The position numbers and the translations under genes are program-made. Shown one piece after another: positions 1 through 8,922 of a DNA stretch of 34,525 nucleotides (the first letter of the stretch is position 1; every line of letters begins with the position of its first letter). This DNA comes from Nanobdellota archaeon. GTDB lineage: Archaea > Nanobdellota > Nanobdellia > Woesearchaeales > GW2011-AR9. The stretch spans positions 1 to 34,525 of the forward strand of contig JBBSWE010000185.1 in the NCBI GenBank assembly GCA_038046445.1. Direction: 5' to 3'. The notes below the pieces were generated by a model, which saw only the letters and a program-made list of their open reading frames with translations, had not been told where the DNA came from and did not search any database.

Positions 1-25
1 ATTGTGGTATTTTTGAAGAAAAAAG

Positions 26-670
26 TTAAATTTTAGAAAGGTCTTTCTCATCCTTCTTCAAATCACCCATAGCTTTCTGAATTTCGGACTTTCCTTCTTT
101 CTCTTTCTGATCTAAATCAATCAGACGTTCCACTTCGTCGGCTTCCTTTTCTACCTGTTCTGCTGCTTTCAACACCTCAAGAGGGATGCGGTCTAAGAAA
201 GCTTGTTTGGCTTCGGCTGAAGGCAAATCAAAATATTCAAAGAACTTTTTAGTCAGCTTTAATTTAAAGCTCCGTCCAAAACGTTCTTTTTCTACATAAC
301 CTTGGCTTTCCAATTGATGCATATGATCATAAGCTCCCGAACCGCGTAACTTAATCACATCTGATTGTAAGATCGGGTATTTCCAAGCAATAACGGCCAG
401 GGTAGCCATCATGGCTGAATCCAATTCAGTCGAGCTGACTAGACTGCTAACTAAAGGTACAAACTCATCTTTAACGGTTAATTTCCAACCGTTTTCTTTT
501 TTAACAATTTGTAAAGAATGATCTCGCTGCACATAATCTTGTTGTAATCGAATGATTATTTTTTCCACTTGGGGCACTTCTAAAGAACAAAGAACCGCAA
601 TTCGTTCTGAGCTAATCTCTTTTCCCACCGCGAACAACACCGCTTCCACTCTTTTCTCATCCGTTTCCAT
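26..670 (-). CDS. scpB: segregation and condensation protein B (ScpB)-like, tandem winged-helix
   Basis: 214-aa ORF. N-terminal 'VEAVLFAVGKEISSERIAVL' and a second wHTH 'ATLAVIAWKYPILQSDVIKLRGSGAYDHMHQLESQGYVEK' follow the ScpB pattern. Charged coiled tail. Confidence 0.75.
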   Translation of the reverse strand: METDEKRVEAVLFAVGKEISSERIAVLCSLEVPQVEKIIIRLQQDYVQRDHSLQIVKKENGWKLTVKDEFVPLVSSLVSSTELDSAMMATLAVIAWKYPILQSDVIKLRGSGAYDHMHQLESQGYVEKERFGRSFKLKLTKKFFEYFDLPSAEAKQAFLDRIPLEVLKAAEQVEKEADEVERLIDLDQKEKEGKSEIQKAMGDLKKDEKDLSKI

Positions 671-1238
671 TTTCTCGTATCAAGAAATATACTCCCTCTT
701 TTAAATCTACCTTCTTCTCATCAATCAGTTTATCTAAAAAGTCTTCAATTTTTTCCTTGTTTACTCCGGTCAGCTTGCTCAACTTTTCCGAAGTGAGATT
801 GTTTTGAGCCAGAAGTACCAAAATGTAATTTTTTAGCAATAAACTCATATTTCTTTGCAAGTGTTCACTTTCCATCTTGGTTTGTTTAGCTACCATATCC
901 ACATTATGCAACTTTCCTTGCAAGTCGCTCAAGAATTGTGAAATTTCCACATCGCTTAGAGTTAGTTCCTCCGGTTCGATCAACTCAATCATGGAAGGCA
1001 TATAATCAAAACAGAAAAGAGTCAAGTTCTTAATTTCAGTAGTTTCTATTTCCAATTCTGCAAAAATGGACCACATCTCCTGTTCTTCTTGTTTTTTAGT
1101 ATCGGCTAATTCCTGACTAAGAAGGGTATAACGCTTATCTTCCTTAAGTTGCTTAAGATATCCCTTAAAGGCTTCTTCTACATGTTCTTGAGGCTTACCT
1201 ATTACTTCAAGAATAGCTCTAAAGATAATTTTGCTCAT
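657..1238 (-). CDS. hypothetical protein with C-terminal wHTH-like segment
   Basis: 193-aa ORF overlapping the scpB-like start by 14 nt, so probably an operon. C-terminus 'LTSEKLSKLTGVNKEKIEDFLDKLIDEKKV' looks HTH-like. No kleisin/ScpA motifs recognised. Confidence 0.5.
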   Translation of the reverse strand: MSKIIFRAILEVIGKPQEHVEEAFKGYLKQLKEDKRYTLLSQELADTKKQEEQEMWSIFAELEIETTEIKNLTLFCFDYMPSMIELIEPEELTLSDVEISQFLSDLQGKLHNVDMVAKQTKMESEHLQRNMSLLLKNYILVLLAQNNLTSEKLSKLTGVNKEKIEDFLDKLIDEKKVDLKEGVYFLIRENGNG

Positions 1239-1310
1239 TTTTAAGCCAAGAACAAGGGTATTTTTAAGCCTTTCTGCATTCCAGTGTATTCTTCAGAAGG
1301 AAGACCATCA

Positions 1311-3518
1311 TTATTTCCTTTCCCACTTCTCTTTCATTAAGATTACACACAGTAACCCCAATACGATTACTAAAATATAAGGAATCAATTTCTTGGCTTT
1401 CTCGTTACTGGATTCATACACCAAGAATTTAGATTGATTAAGAATAGTTCTTTGGACACCTAAAGAAGAGCTTTCTATACTGCTTCCACCTTTACTTAAG
1501 GTAGAAGTAGTGGTAGCCATACTTTTTTCTTCTCCTCCACCAACCGTAATATTAACATCCACACTTTTGGCAGTAATCTGCCCATCTTTATGCACTCTTA
1601 CTTTCAGTTTATACTCTCCTGGTTTCATCTCCCCATCTAAAGGTAAAGAGTAATCTACTACTTTTTCTTCATCAAAACCCAGAAAGAACTCTTGTAAATA
1701 ATCTTCTCTTTCTTTAGTTTCGGCTTCACAGGAATAACAACGGCTGCCACGGTAGACATAACCATATGTCTGGAAGAAATGGTCCCATTCGTCTCCTTTG
1801 AATTTTACCTTAAAATTTAGAATCTGTCCGGGAGATATTCCGGTTGGAAAGTCTAAAAGTTCGTAAGAGACATCTTCACTCCCCGAATTAGTGGTAGCAG
1901 TATCCACGGAACCTTTTTCATTAGAATCGCTAGAGATACTTTCCGTTTCTTCCTCACTGCAATCAGAAGAGCTTTCAACAATAGTCACTTCTTGTTCTGC
2001 TCGTTGATCTAAACCTTCCAAAACCAAAATCGCCTCTTGAGCATCTTCTTCACAACGTAAATCCATTAGCAAAGGTAAGGCTAATTTATAATTGGTATAT
2101 TTAGAGTAGAGATTTACTTTAGTTACCTCACTAACTTGGTCTCCATCGATTTCTACCCAAGCAGAAATAGCGTATTTATTCGTATTTCCTTTATGAATTT
2201 CCACTTCTGCTCGTAGTGCTTCTCCCCAATCTAATTCTGAGGGAGTAATCTTATTAATCAAAATAGAAGAATCATTAACAGAAGTAGTATTGTCAGTACT
2301 ATTAGTATTGTTCATTTTCTGCAGCGCTCCTTCATTAGTCACAATAAACATTTTTTGGGCATAATTGTTGCTAAGGTTCTGGTCTTTGCAACTGGGATAA
2401 AGCTGAGCCTTGAGGTACAAGACGCGATCTTCTTCAGAGATATCTGCTTTCCAAGTTTTAGAATAAGTGTTAGTGGTAGTGTATTTGCTTTTGACCGTGT
2501 TTCCGAAAAGGTCTTCGATCCAGTATTCAATCTTAAATTGAAAGGTTTTGTTGCTGAGAATAAAAGAATAATTAATAGGTTCTCCTTGTTTATAGATTAA
2601 GGTATCGCTTATATTAATATTCAAATTAACGTCGCAAAGAACAGTAGAAGGATCTATCACCGTAATATTAAAACAAACGGAGTTGTCTGAGAAGTTGCTT
2701 TCATTGACGGTAGAATTAATGATATTGCCGCAGATAGTGTAATTACCCGCAGAAGGAGGAGTAAATTTACCGGTCCCTATAGAGCTACCACAACCAACTT
2801 CCTTAGTAAAATTGTCCTCCTTAAAAAAATCATTTCCAGTTATATTGTATTCAATAATAATATTATCGTAGGGAGTACAAGGTTTCTTATTCTCAATGGT
2901 AATATTAAACATATCCGTGTAAGGGGAACCTGCGTAAATTTCAGATGGAAAGTCCATTACAAGAATAATATTAAATAAACGTGTTCCGGAATCGTTAAGA
3001 TTAATAGAATTGGTTTCTCCCGGTGTTCCTCCAAAGATTAAAGAATAACCCCAATTTGACCTTATTAAATTATCGCTACTTAGATTTTTTAGTTCGATAG
3101 AAAAACCATCTTTGCTTCCAGAACTATAATTAACTTCATCTATTTTTTGACCAAACAAATCAAACAATGCTAAATATTCTCCGGAGTTAGATAAAGAATT
3201 AAAATCAGCGTAAATCAACGTTTTATTGTATGTTGGATGATCTTGAATAAAAAGAGTGTCGTTACTGGCAATAATTGCATATTCTCGAGGATTGATTAAT
3301 GAACCATTAATTAAAGTAAGGGTGTGGTTTCCTTCGCTCTCAAAAAAGATTAAATTTTTTGGGTCGACTGATGTATCGCCCTCGTTATATATTTCTATCC
3401 ACTCTCTTCCCGCTTCACTTCCGTTCGGGTTATACATCACCTCACTAATAAGCACTTCCGCATAAACAAAACTCAAAGAAAATAGAAATAATCCAAAAAT
3501 CCACCATTTACACCCCAT
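1311..3518 (-). CDS. secreted, C-terminally anchored surface protein with N-terminal lamin-tail domain (LTD)
   Basis: 735 aa. Signal-like N-terminus 'WWIFGLFLFSLSFVYA', LTD signature 'LISEVMYNPNGSEAGREWIEIYN', C-terminal TM 'IPYILVIVLGLLCVILM'. At least two dozen N-x-S/T sequons by my count. Confidence 0.75.
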   Translation of the reverse strand: MGCKWWIFGLFLFSLSFVYAEVLISEVMYNPNGSEAGREWIEIYNEGDTSVDPKNLIFFESEGNHTLTLINGSLINPREYAIIASNDTLFIQDHPTYNKTLIYADFNSLSNSGEYLALFDLFGQKIDEVNYSSGSKDGFSIELKNLSSDNLIRSNWGYSLIFGGTPGETNSINLNDSGTRLFNIILVMDFPSEIYAGSPYTDMFNITIENKKPCTPYDNIIIEYNITGNDFFKEDNFTKEVGCGSSIGTGKFTPPSAGNYTICGNIINSTVNESNFSDNSVCFNITVIDPSTVLCDVNLNINISDTLIYKQGEPINYSFILSNKTFQFKIEYWIEDLFGNTVKSKYTTTNTYSKTWKADISEEDRVLYLKAQLYPSCKDQNLSNNYAQKMFIVTNEGALQKMNNTNSTDNTTSVNDSSILINKITPSELDWGEALRAEVEIHKGNTNKYAISAWVEIDGDQVSEVTKVNLYSKYTNYKLALPLLMDLRCEEDAQEAILVLEGLDQRAEQEVTIVESSSDCSEEETESISSDSNEKGSVDTATTNSGSEDVSYELLDFPTGISPGQILNFKVKFKGDEWDHFFQTYGYVYRGSRCYSCEAETKEREDYLQEFFLGFDEEKVVDYSLPLDGEMKPGEYKLKVRVHKDGQITAKSVDVNITVGGGEEKSMATTTSTLSKGGSSIESSSLGVQRTILNQSKFLVYESSNEKAKKLIPYILVIVLGLLCVILMKEKWERK

Positions 3519-3617
3519 TTTGGATAGAAAACCATCTCTTAATATATACTTTTTGTTTTCACTATTATGGAATACTAAACAAAGCTTTTAAACAAGTTTT
3601 CACTTGTAACGATTATA

Positions 3618-4085
3618 ATGGGATTAGGATGGTTATTTGGAAAAAAGAAAGTTTTACCGAAGGTGCCCTTACCAGAAGGTTTACCTTTTGACGAAAAGAC
3701 CTTTCGGTTCTCTAAAAAATTTGGTGGAGACACCGTCATTGAACCGGAAGACTTGCATGCTGCTGCTGGCTTTAACCAGCCGTTCAACCTACCGGAAAAT
3801 GCTCCTCGGGCTTTAAGGCCGGGTTCAACCCCCGCGCCCACTCCTACGGAGACAGGAATGAGTCCTGAGCCGGTATTTATTAAGGTAGATGCTTACCAAA
3901 GAATTTTAGGAGAAATCGATGAGGTTAAATCTAACCTCATTAAATTGCAAGAAGCCAATCGTCACTTAGAAAGTTCGGAATATAATGAAGAGAACCACTT
4001 TGAACGCTTAAAAAAAGCGATGAAACAAGCTCACGATCAATTGCTTCAAGTTGATAAAACTATCTTCAAATATCAAGGTGAATAA
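3618..4085 (+). CDS. hypothetical coiled-coil protein (Pro-rich linker plus 'PVFIKVDAY' helical module)
   Basis: 155-aa ORF. TATA-like 'cttttaaa' lies about 30 nt upstream. The C-terminal half shares its motif with the next ORF. Confidence 0.55.
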   Translation: MGLGWLFGKKKVLPKVPLPEGLPFDEKTFRFSKKFGGDTVIEPEDLHAAAGFNQPFNLPENAPRALRPGSTPAPTPTETGMSPEPVFIKVDAYQRILGEIDEVKSNLIKLQEANRHLESSEYNEENHFERLKKAMKQAHDQLLQVDKTIFKYQGE

Positions 4086-4086
4086 A

Positions 4087-4314
4087 ATGGAAAGAATGCC
4101 AGTTTTTGTTAAAGTAGACGAATACGATGAGGTGCTTAATTTAGTCAAGCTAATTCGTAAGAAAATCGATGAATCCAAAGAAACTTTGCTTAAGATTAAT
4201 GAATTAAAAAATGAAGAGGACCACCAGCTAGAAATGTGGCAGAACAATTTAGCTGAAGTTGAAAAGAAAATTGACTTCATTGAACACTCGCTTAACGAAC
4301 CAGAACACTTCTAA
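4087..4314 (+). CDS. hypothetical small coiled-coil protein, paralog of the C-terminal module of the preceding ORF
   Basis: ATG at 4087 lies 1 nt after the upstream stop. 'MPVFVKVDEYDEVLNLVKLIRKKIDES' parallels 'PVFIKVDAYQRILGEIDEVKSNLIKLQEA'. The 4051 start in the ORF track sits inside the upstream gene. Confidence 0.5.
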   Translation: MERMPVFVKVDEYDEVLNLVKLIRKKIDESKETLLKINELKNEEDHQLEMWQNNLAEVEKKIDFIEHSLNEPEHF

Positions 4315-4315
4315 A

Positions 4316-4765
4316 ATGACCCACGCTAAGAATAATCCCAAACGTAAAGATGCTCGCGCAGAGAAGGATCCTAATTTTATGGTTCAGATTAGCGAGCCAC
4401 GGATGTTAAGAAAGGACATTTTAGAATCAGTAAGAGAAGTGATTATTTTTATGCAGGGATATGAAAAATTCCGTAAGATTCAAGAAGAAAAAGTAGCTCT
4501 TTTCACTTTATTGAAAACAGATGTACGAATATTGAACAACTTAGCGGAAGATAAATTGCGTAAATACCTGCCTAAAGGAAAGTTAAAAGCAGTGCAATTA
4601 GATAAACAACCGACTAAACCAGAGGATTATGCTTATCAACGAGATGAAGAGCCCTTAAGGGTTAGTACTTCGGCCGTTCCAACTAGTAATGCTCCACCTT
4701 CCGAATTAGACGAATTGGAAAGCCAGCTGAAAGATATTGAAACACAGTTAAGGAATGTTAGCTAA
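4316..4765 (+). CDS. hypothetical helical protein
   Basis: ATG at 4316 lies 1 nt after the upstream stop. 149 aa with a basic N-terminus, a helical core and an acidic 'ELDELESQLKDIETQL' tail. Confidence 0.5.
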   Translation: MTHAKNNPKRKDARAEKDPNFMVQISEPRMLRKDILESVREVIIFMQGYEKFRKIQEEKVALFTLLKTDVRILNNLAEDKLRKYLPKGKLKAVQLDKQPTKPEDYAYQRDEEPLRVSTSAVPTSNAPPSELDELESQLKDIETQLRNVS

Positions 4766-4794
4766 AAATTTACTTTTATTACTTTATTTGTCTT

Positions 4795-5787
4795 TTATTT
4801 CTCAGAAGTTCCTAAGAAAAACGGGGTCAAAGTTAAAACTATTGCTTTTCCGTCCTTATTTACCACTAAAATTTTCTTGCGTTCCAATCCTTCCAGTACT
4901 CGAGATAAAGTAGTTCGTGGAAGATGAGTTCCATGCCTTACTTTTGCTTGTGGAGAAGTATTATTTTGTTGGAGCAGAAAATTAACTACTAACCTTTCTT
5001 TATCTGAAAGAGTAGGTAATATCACTAAAGTATGGGAAGACAACTTTTTTTCTTTTATTGAAACTTCTAAAGAAGAATTTTTCTTACTTACTTCTTTCTT
5101 CTGGATTAAAGAAACAATCGTCCGCCCCAAGAGAAATATTCCCAATATAATCATTAAAGAATAAATGAGATATTCCCACCAAGAACTTTTTTGGACTAAT
5201 TTTTGTTTTAAAGACACTTCTATAGCAGTTACTTCACCTCTCTCTATCACCATTTCTTGCTTAGCCGCATTCTTAGTGTCAGAAGCAATTAAGATGCAAC
5301 CTCCCTCCGGAAGATTAGAAAAGGAGAAAAAACCGGTTTGATCCGCCTCTTCCAAATATGTTCCTCCATTTCCAGAAAAACAATTAACGGACACTCTTGC
5401 TCCGCTAGCTAAGTTTCCTTCGGTATCAGTCACGCTTCCTTGAACGTGACCAACAGGAAGAACGAACACTTCTACCGTATCACTTCCCGTAACTATCACG
5501 CTTCTGCTTCCAATATAATCTAAGGCAGGAGTAGCAGAAGAATCTAGCATGACGGTTAAAGTATAATTTCCGTTAAGTAAATCCAAAGAATAACCAGAAG
5601 ATAACAATTTGTCGGTCTTTATCTCATTGTTTACTTTTAAAGTAAGAATATAATCTGAAAAATCTATTTTTTCGGGGGAGTTAAAATTAAGAAGAAGATT
5701 AGAAGATTGCACTGAGCCCACTAGTAAAACTAGAAAAAACATCCCGCACCACATCTTTTTCATAAATAGGAAGAAAGAAAAATTCAT
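4795..5787 (-). CDS. membrane-tethered wHTH regulator with extracytoplasmic carboxypeptidase-regulatory-like beta-sandwich
   Basis: Signal/TM 'MWCGMFFLVLLVGSVQS'. 'GHVQGSVTDTEGNLASGARVSVNC...TGFFSFSNLPEGGCILIAS' resembles a CarboxypepD_reg domain. Central TM 'YLIYSLMIILGIFLLG'. C-terminal MarR-like wHTH 'LSDKERLVVNFLLQQ...TTLSRVLEGLERKKIL'. Confidence 0.6.
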   Translation of the reverse strand: MNFSFFLFMKKMWCGMFFLVLLVGSVQSSNLLLNFNSPEKIDFSDYILTLKVNNEIKTDKLLSSGYSLDLLNGNYTLTVMLDSSATPALDYIGSRSVIVTGSDTVEVFVLPVGHVQGSVTDTEGNLASGARVSVNCFSGNGGTYLEEADQTGFFSFSNLPEGGCILIASDTKNAAKQEMVIERGEVTAIEVSLKQKLVQKSSWWEYLIYSLMIILGIFLLGRTIVSLIQKKEVSKKNSSLEVSIKEKKLSSHTLVILPTLSDKERLVVNFLLQQNNTSPQAKVRHGTHLPRTTLSRVLEGLERKKILVVNKDGKAIVLTLTPFFLGTSEK

Positions 5788-5905
5788 TTATAAATCTATT
5801 TATATATAAAAGTAAACAGAACCGAGATATGTTTTAAAAAGGTCAATAGTACTTCCACAAAACGAAAAACATTTTATAGTAGTTCTATTTGTTAAATATT
5901 ACAAA

Positions 5906-7477
5906 ATGATTATGGAAAATATTCACGTCGATAAGAAAGGAAGTGTAAAAATAGAAGTAGAAAAGAAAGATAGTGCTAACATTAACGATAATTCTGGTCC
6001 TTCTCACAAAAAGAGTAATAAATTAGTTGCTAAAGAAGATCTGCCACTAAAAAAAGTAGGTTTATTCAAGCGCATGCTGCAGACGAGAAATTTGTATATC
6101 ACCAGTAAAATTGTGGACACCGGATTGAGTTTTGAACTCTCTTGGGGATCGATTAAAAGAAATTTTGAAGTTTTGTTTCCAGAAGAAGTCTGGAAAAATC
6201 TTCCCAAGGATTATAAGAGTATGATTTTAGAGAATACTGCTCATCTTTCTTCTTTAGAAATAGGGGTAATGCTTAACGCCAAAAAGATTTATTATAATAC
6301 TCCTTTGCCTTTGTTCAAATCTTTCTTTATAGAGGTCCTGTTAAAATGCTTATTATACAGTGGAGACTGCGATACCGGTAAGATTATTCGTTACATCACT
6401 CAATTAACTAACTTGGAAGCAAATTTTAAGGGATCTCCCACTCCTTTAGAAGTTAAATTCTTAGAAACTACTGAAGGAAGCATTAACACTCTCACTTTTG
6501 GTAAAGAAAGCTTGCTGAGTTTCGGATTATCGCAAGAATTGGGAATGAACCCTGTTCCGGTAACTATAATCGAACCCGATTGCGATGTAATTTATCGAGA
6601 TCAACATATCAAAACCTTCCAGAACCGCCATAAGTATGATTTAATCAAGAAGTTTGAACAAGAATTTAGTCTTCACGTTTATTGTATTGATAGTAATTTG
6701 AATGATATTCCCGATTACACTCTTTGGGATTTAGATTATACTGATTTGGGATGGTCTGCTCAACTCACCCAGTATATTTTCTTACTTTTACCTTTTAATT
6801 TCCAGTTTAAACAGAAATACACTGTTTATGGCAACGAATATTCCTGTGATTTTTACTATTATAATCAGGAAGGGTTCAAATGTCATCCGGTTTATGATCA
6901 GACTTCAGATTGGATGAGACAAGTTAATTCCATGCTGCAAACTATGACCGGCGGAAGAGTGCAAGCCATATCTTTGGTACAACCCTTACACGAAATTGCC
7001 GGAACTAAAGTATTATATCAAAGATATCCTCATTTAGCTAAATACCAGATGTCTTGTCACTGTAATAATGAGGGAGCAAAAGACCATCGCTGGTGCGGAG
7101 CTTGTTCTAAATGTGCCCGCTGTTTCATCTTTATGAAAGCTTTGGGGTTTGACCCGGAAATAGTGGGATTAAGAGAGATGCTTTCTCTTACCCATCAACA
7201 ACATTACTCCCTTTTCAATCAAGGTAAAGAAATGTGTGGATTTGACTCTGTTGGATTAGGGAGAGACGAACAACTATTTGCTTTTCATCTAGCTGCAAAG
7301 CGGGGAGTGCAAGGAGAATTGATAGATTTGTTTAAGAAAGAGTTTGGAGAGGAAGCCGAAAGAAGGGAAGAAGAGTTTAGAAACGAATTCTTTAAAGTAC
7401 AGCGACCAGCTAACATCCCAAACAATATTTGGAAAAAATTGAAGCCCATTTTCGAGGAGGAATTAAAGAAAAATTAA
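5906..7477 (+). CDS. uncharacterised protein, adenine-nucleotide-alpha-hydrolase-like (degenerate PP-loop 'TFGKES', QueC-like Cys motif); paralog A
   Basis: 523 aa. 'INTLTFGKESLLSFGLSQELGMNPVPVTI' sits where SGGxDS plus helix would be. 'SCHCNNEGAKDHRWCGACSKCARC' resembles the QueC zinc motif. Lys-rich N-terminal extension of about 60 aa. Confidence 0.55.
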   Translation: MIMENIHVDKKGSVKIEVEKKDSANINDNSGPSHKKSNKLVAKEDLPLKKVGLFKRMLQTRNLYITSKIVDTGLSFELSWGSIKRNFEVLFPEEVWKNLPKDYKSMILENTAHLSSLEIGVMLNAKKIYYNTPLPLFKSFFIEVLLKCLLYSGDCDTGKIIRYITQLTNLEANFKGSPTPLEVKFLETTEGSINTLTFGKESLLSFGLSQELGMNPVPVTIIEPDCDVIYRDQHIKTFQNRHKYDLIKKFEQEFSLHVYCIDSNLNDIPDYTLWDLDYTDLGWSAQLTQYIFLLLPFNFQFKQKYTVYGNEYSCDFYYYNQEGFKCHPVYDQTSDWMRQVNSMLQTMTGGRVQAISLVQPLHEIAGTKVLYQRYPHLAKYQMSCHCNNEGAKDHRWCGACSKCARCFIFMKALGFDPEIVGLREMLSLTHQQHYSLFNQGKEMCGFDSVGLGRDEQLFAFHLAAKRGVQGELIDLFKKEFGEEAERREEEFRNEFFKVQRPANIPNNIWKKLKPIFEEELKKN

Positions 7478-7478
7478 A

Positions 7479-8873
7479 ATGGGTTCAATCGATGTTAACA
7501 CCAAGATTAATCTTCGAGGAATAGAATTAATTTTTTCTAATCCTTCGGTTAATCGACGGTTAGAAGTAGAATTTCCCGAAGGGGTGTGGGAAAATTTTCC
7601 AGATAAACTAAAAGAGATCTGGACTCACAATTTGGTTTATCTAGCTACCGTAGAACTTACACTCATGTTCAAAGCTAAAGAGATAAGGTATAATACTCCT
7701 TTCCCCTTACTAAAACCTTTCTTCGATGAATTATTTATGAAATCTTTTACTTATAGTGGAGATGTTGATTCAGAACAATCTTTCCGCTATCATCAGCAGT
7801 TATTGAATTTAAACTTCTCTTTTTCTGAAAATGCTCCGAGTTACCAAACTATCGCTCCAAAAGTGGAAGAAAGTTCAATTAATACCCTCACTTTTGGAAA
7901 AGAAAGCTTGTTAAGTTTAGGGTTAGCGCGAGAAATCGGATTAAATCCTGTCCCGATTACAGTAATAGATAACGATTTAGACGTAGAATTTAGAGGAGAG
8001 AAAATTAAAAGTTTTACTAATAAGCATCTGTGGAATTTAATCCCAAAGTTGGAAAAAGAACTTAACTTAAAAGTAAACACGGTTAAGAACGAATTATGTA
8101 AACTGCGCTGTAATGTAGAATGGGATTTAGATGATACGGATTTGGGCAGCGCTAATGTCATTACAGAATTCCTTTTTTTGTGCCTGCCCTTCAGTTATTC
8201 TCACCATTCCAAGTATATTGTCTTTGGTAATGAAAATTCGTGTAATAAGTATTATTACAGTAAAGAAGGAGTAAAATGTTACGCCGTCTACGACCAATCT
8301 CCCGATTGGATTACCCATCTTAATGCTTTAACCAACATTTTAACTCAAGGAAAAGTACAAGTGGTTTCTCTGGTACAACCTTTGCATGAAATGGCCGTAG
8401 CTAAAGTTTTGTATCAAAGGTATCCTCATTTGGCTAAATACCAAACTTCTTGTCATGCTGATGAACTTAGTGCAGAAGAGAATCGTTGGTGTCACGCTTG
8501 CGCTAAGTGCGCTACTTGTTACGTCTTTATGAAAGGGTTAGGATTCAATCCAGAACAGGTAGGATTGAAAGATATGTTTAAATTAGAATATAAGCACTTG
8601 TTTTCTTTGTTTAATACCCACAAAGATATTTCTCAAGGATATTATTCCATGCAATTAGCCCGAGATGAGCAGCTGTTCGCTTTTCATCTGGCCGCTAAAC
8701 GGGGAGCGCAAGGGGAATTGATGGACTTGTTCAAGAAAGAGTTTGGGAAGGAAGCTGCTGCTCGGGAAGAAGAGTTAAGAGAAGAAATATTTAAACTACA
8801 TGAGCCAGAGAATATACCTTTAGAGTTGTGGGATAAGCTCAAACCTATTTTTGAGAAAGAGTTGAAGAAGTAA
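7479..8873 (+). CDS. uncharacterised protein, paralog B of the preceding gene
   Basis: 464 aa, starting 1 nt after the upstream stop and colinear with paralog A. It has the same 'INTLTFGKESLLSLGLAREIGLNPVPITV' and 'SCHADELSAEENRWCHACAKCATC', and a nearly identical C-terminus 'RDEQLFAFHLAAKRGAQGEL'. Confidence 0.55.
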   Translation: MGSIDVNTKINLRGIELIFSNPSVNRRLEVEFPEGVWENFPDKLKEIWTHNLVYLATVELTLMFKAKEIRYNTPFPLLKPFFDELFMKSFTYSGDVDSEQSFRYHQQLLNLNFSFSENAPSYQTIAPKVEESSINTLTFGKESLLSLGLAREIGLNPVPITVIDNDLDVEFRGEKIKSFTNKHLWNLIPKLEKELNLKVNTVKNELCKLRCNVEWDLDDTDLGSANVITEFLFLCLPFSYSHHSKYIVFGNENSCNKYYYSKEGVKCYAVYDQSPDWITHLNALTNILTQGKVQVVSLVQPLHEMAVAKVLYQRYPHLAKYQTSCHADELSAEENRWCHACAKCATCYVFMKGLGFNPEQVGLKDMFKLEYKHLFSLFNTHKDISQGYYSMQLARDEQLFAFHLAAKRGAQGELMDLFKKEFGKEAAAREEELREEIFKLHEPENIPLELWDKLKPIFEKELKK

Positions 8874-8889
8874 TAATAACAAAGAAACG

Positions 8890-8898
8890 TTTATAAAA
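8890..8898 (+). promoter_or_regulatory. TATA box for the tRNA gene
   Basis: 'tttataaaa' centred about 28 nt upstream of the first acceptor-stem base. The same (g/c)tttataaa motif recurs at 9210 and 23870. Confidence 0.45.
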
Positions 8899-8922
8899 TA
8901 CCTTCAGATTTAATTCTGTAAC

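Noticed and set aside
657-1238. The gene upstream of scpB as the kleisin ScpA.
   Set aside because: It lacks the ScpA N-terminal 'LDLLL..I...KIDI.DI' pattern and is short for ScpA. It is called hypothetical instead.
7255-8873. Possible recent gene conversion between the 3' ends of the two PP-loop-like paralogs.
   Set aside because: The protein C-termini are very similar, but the DNA shows many synonymous differences across the stretch. Purifying selection explains the similarity better than recent conversion.
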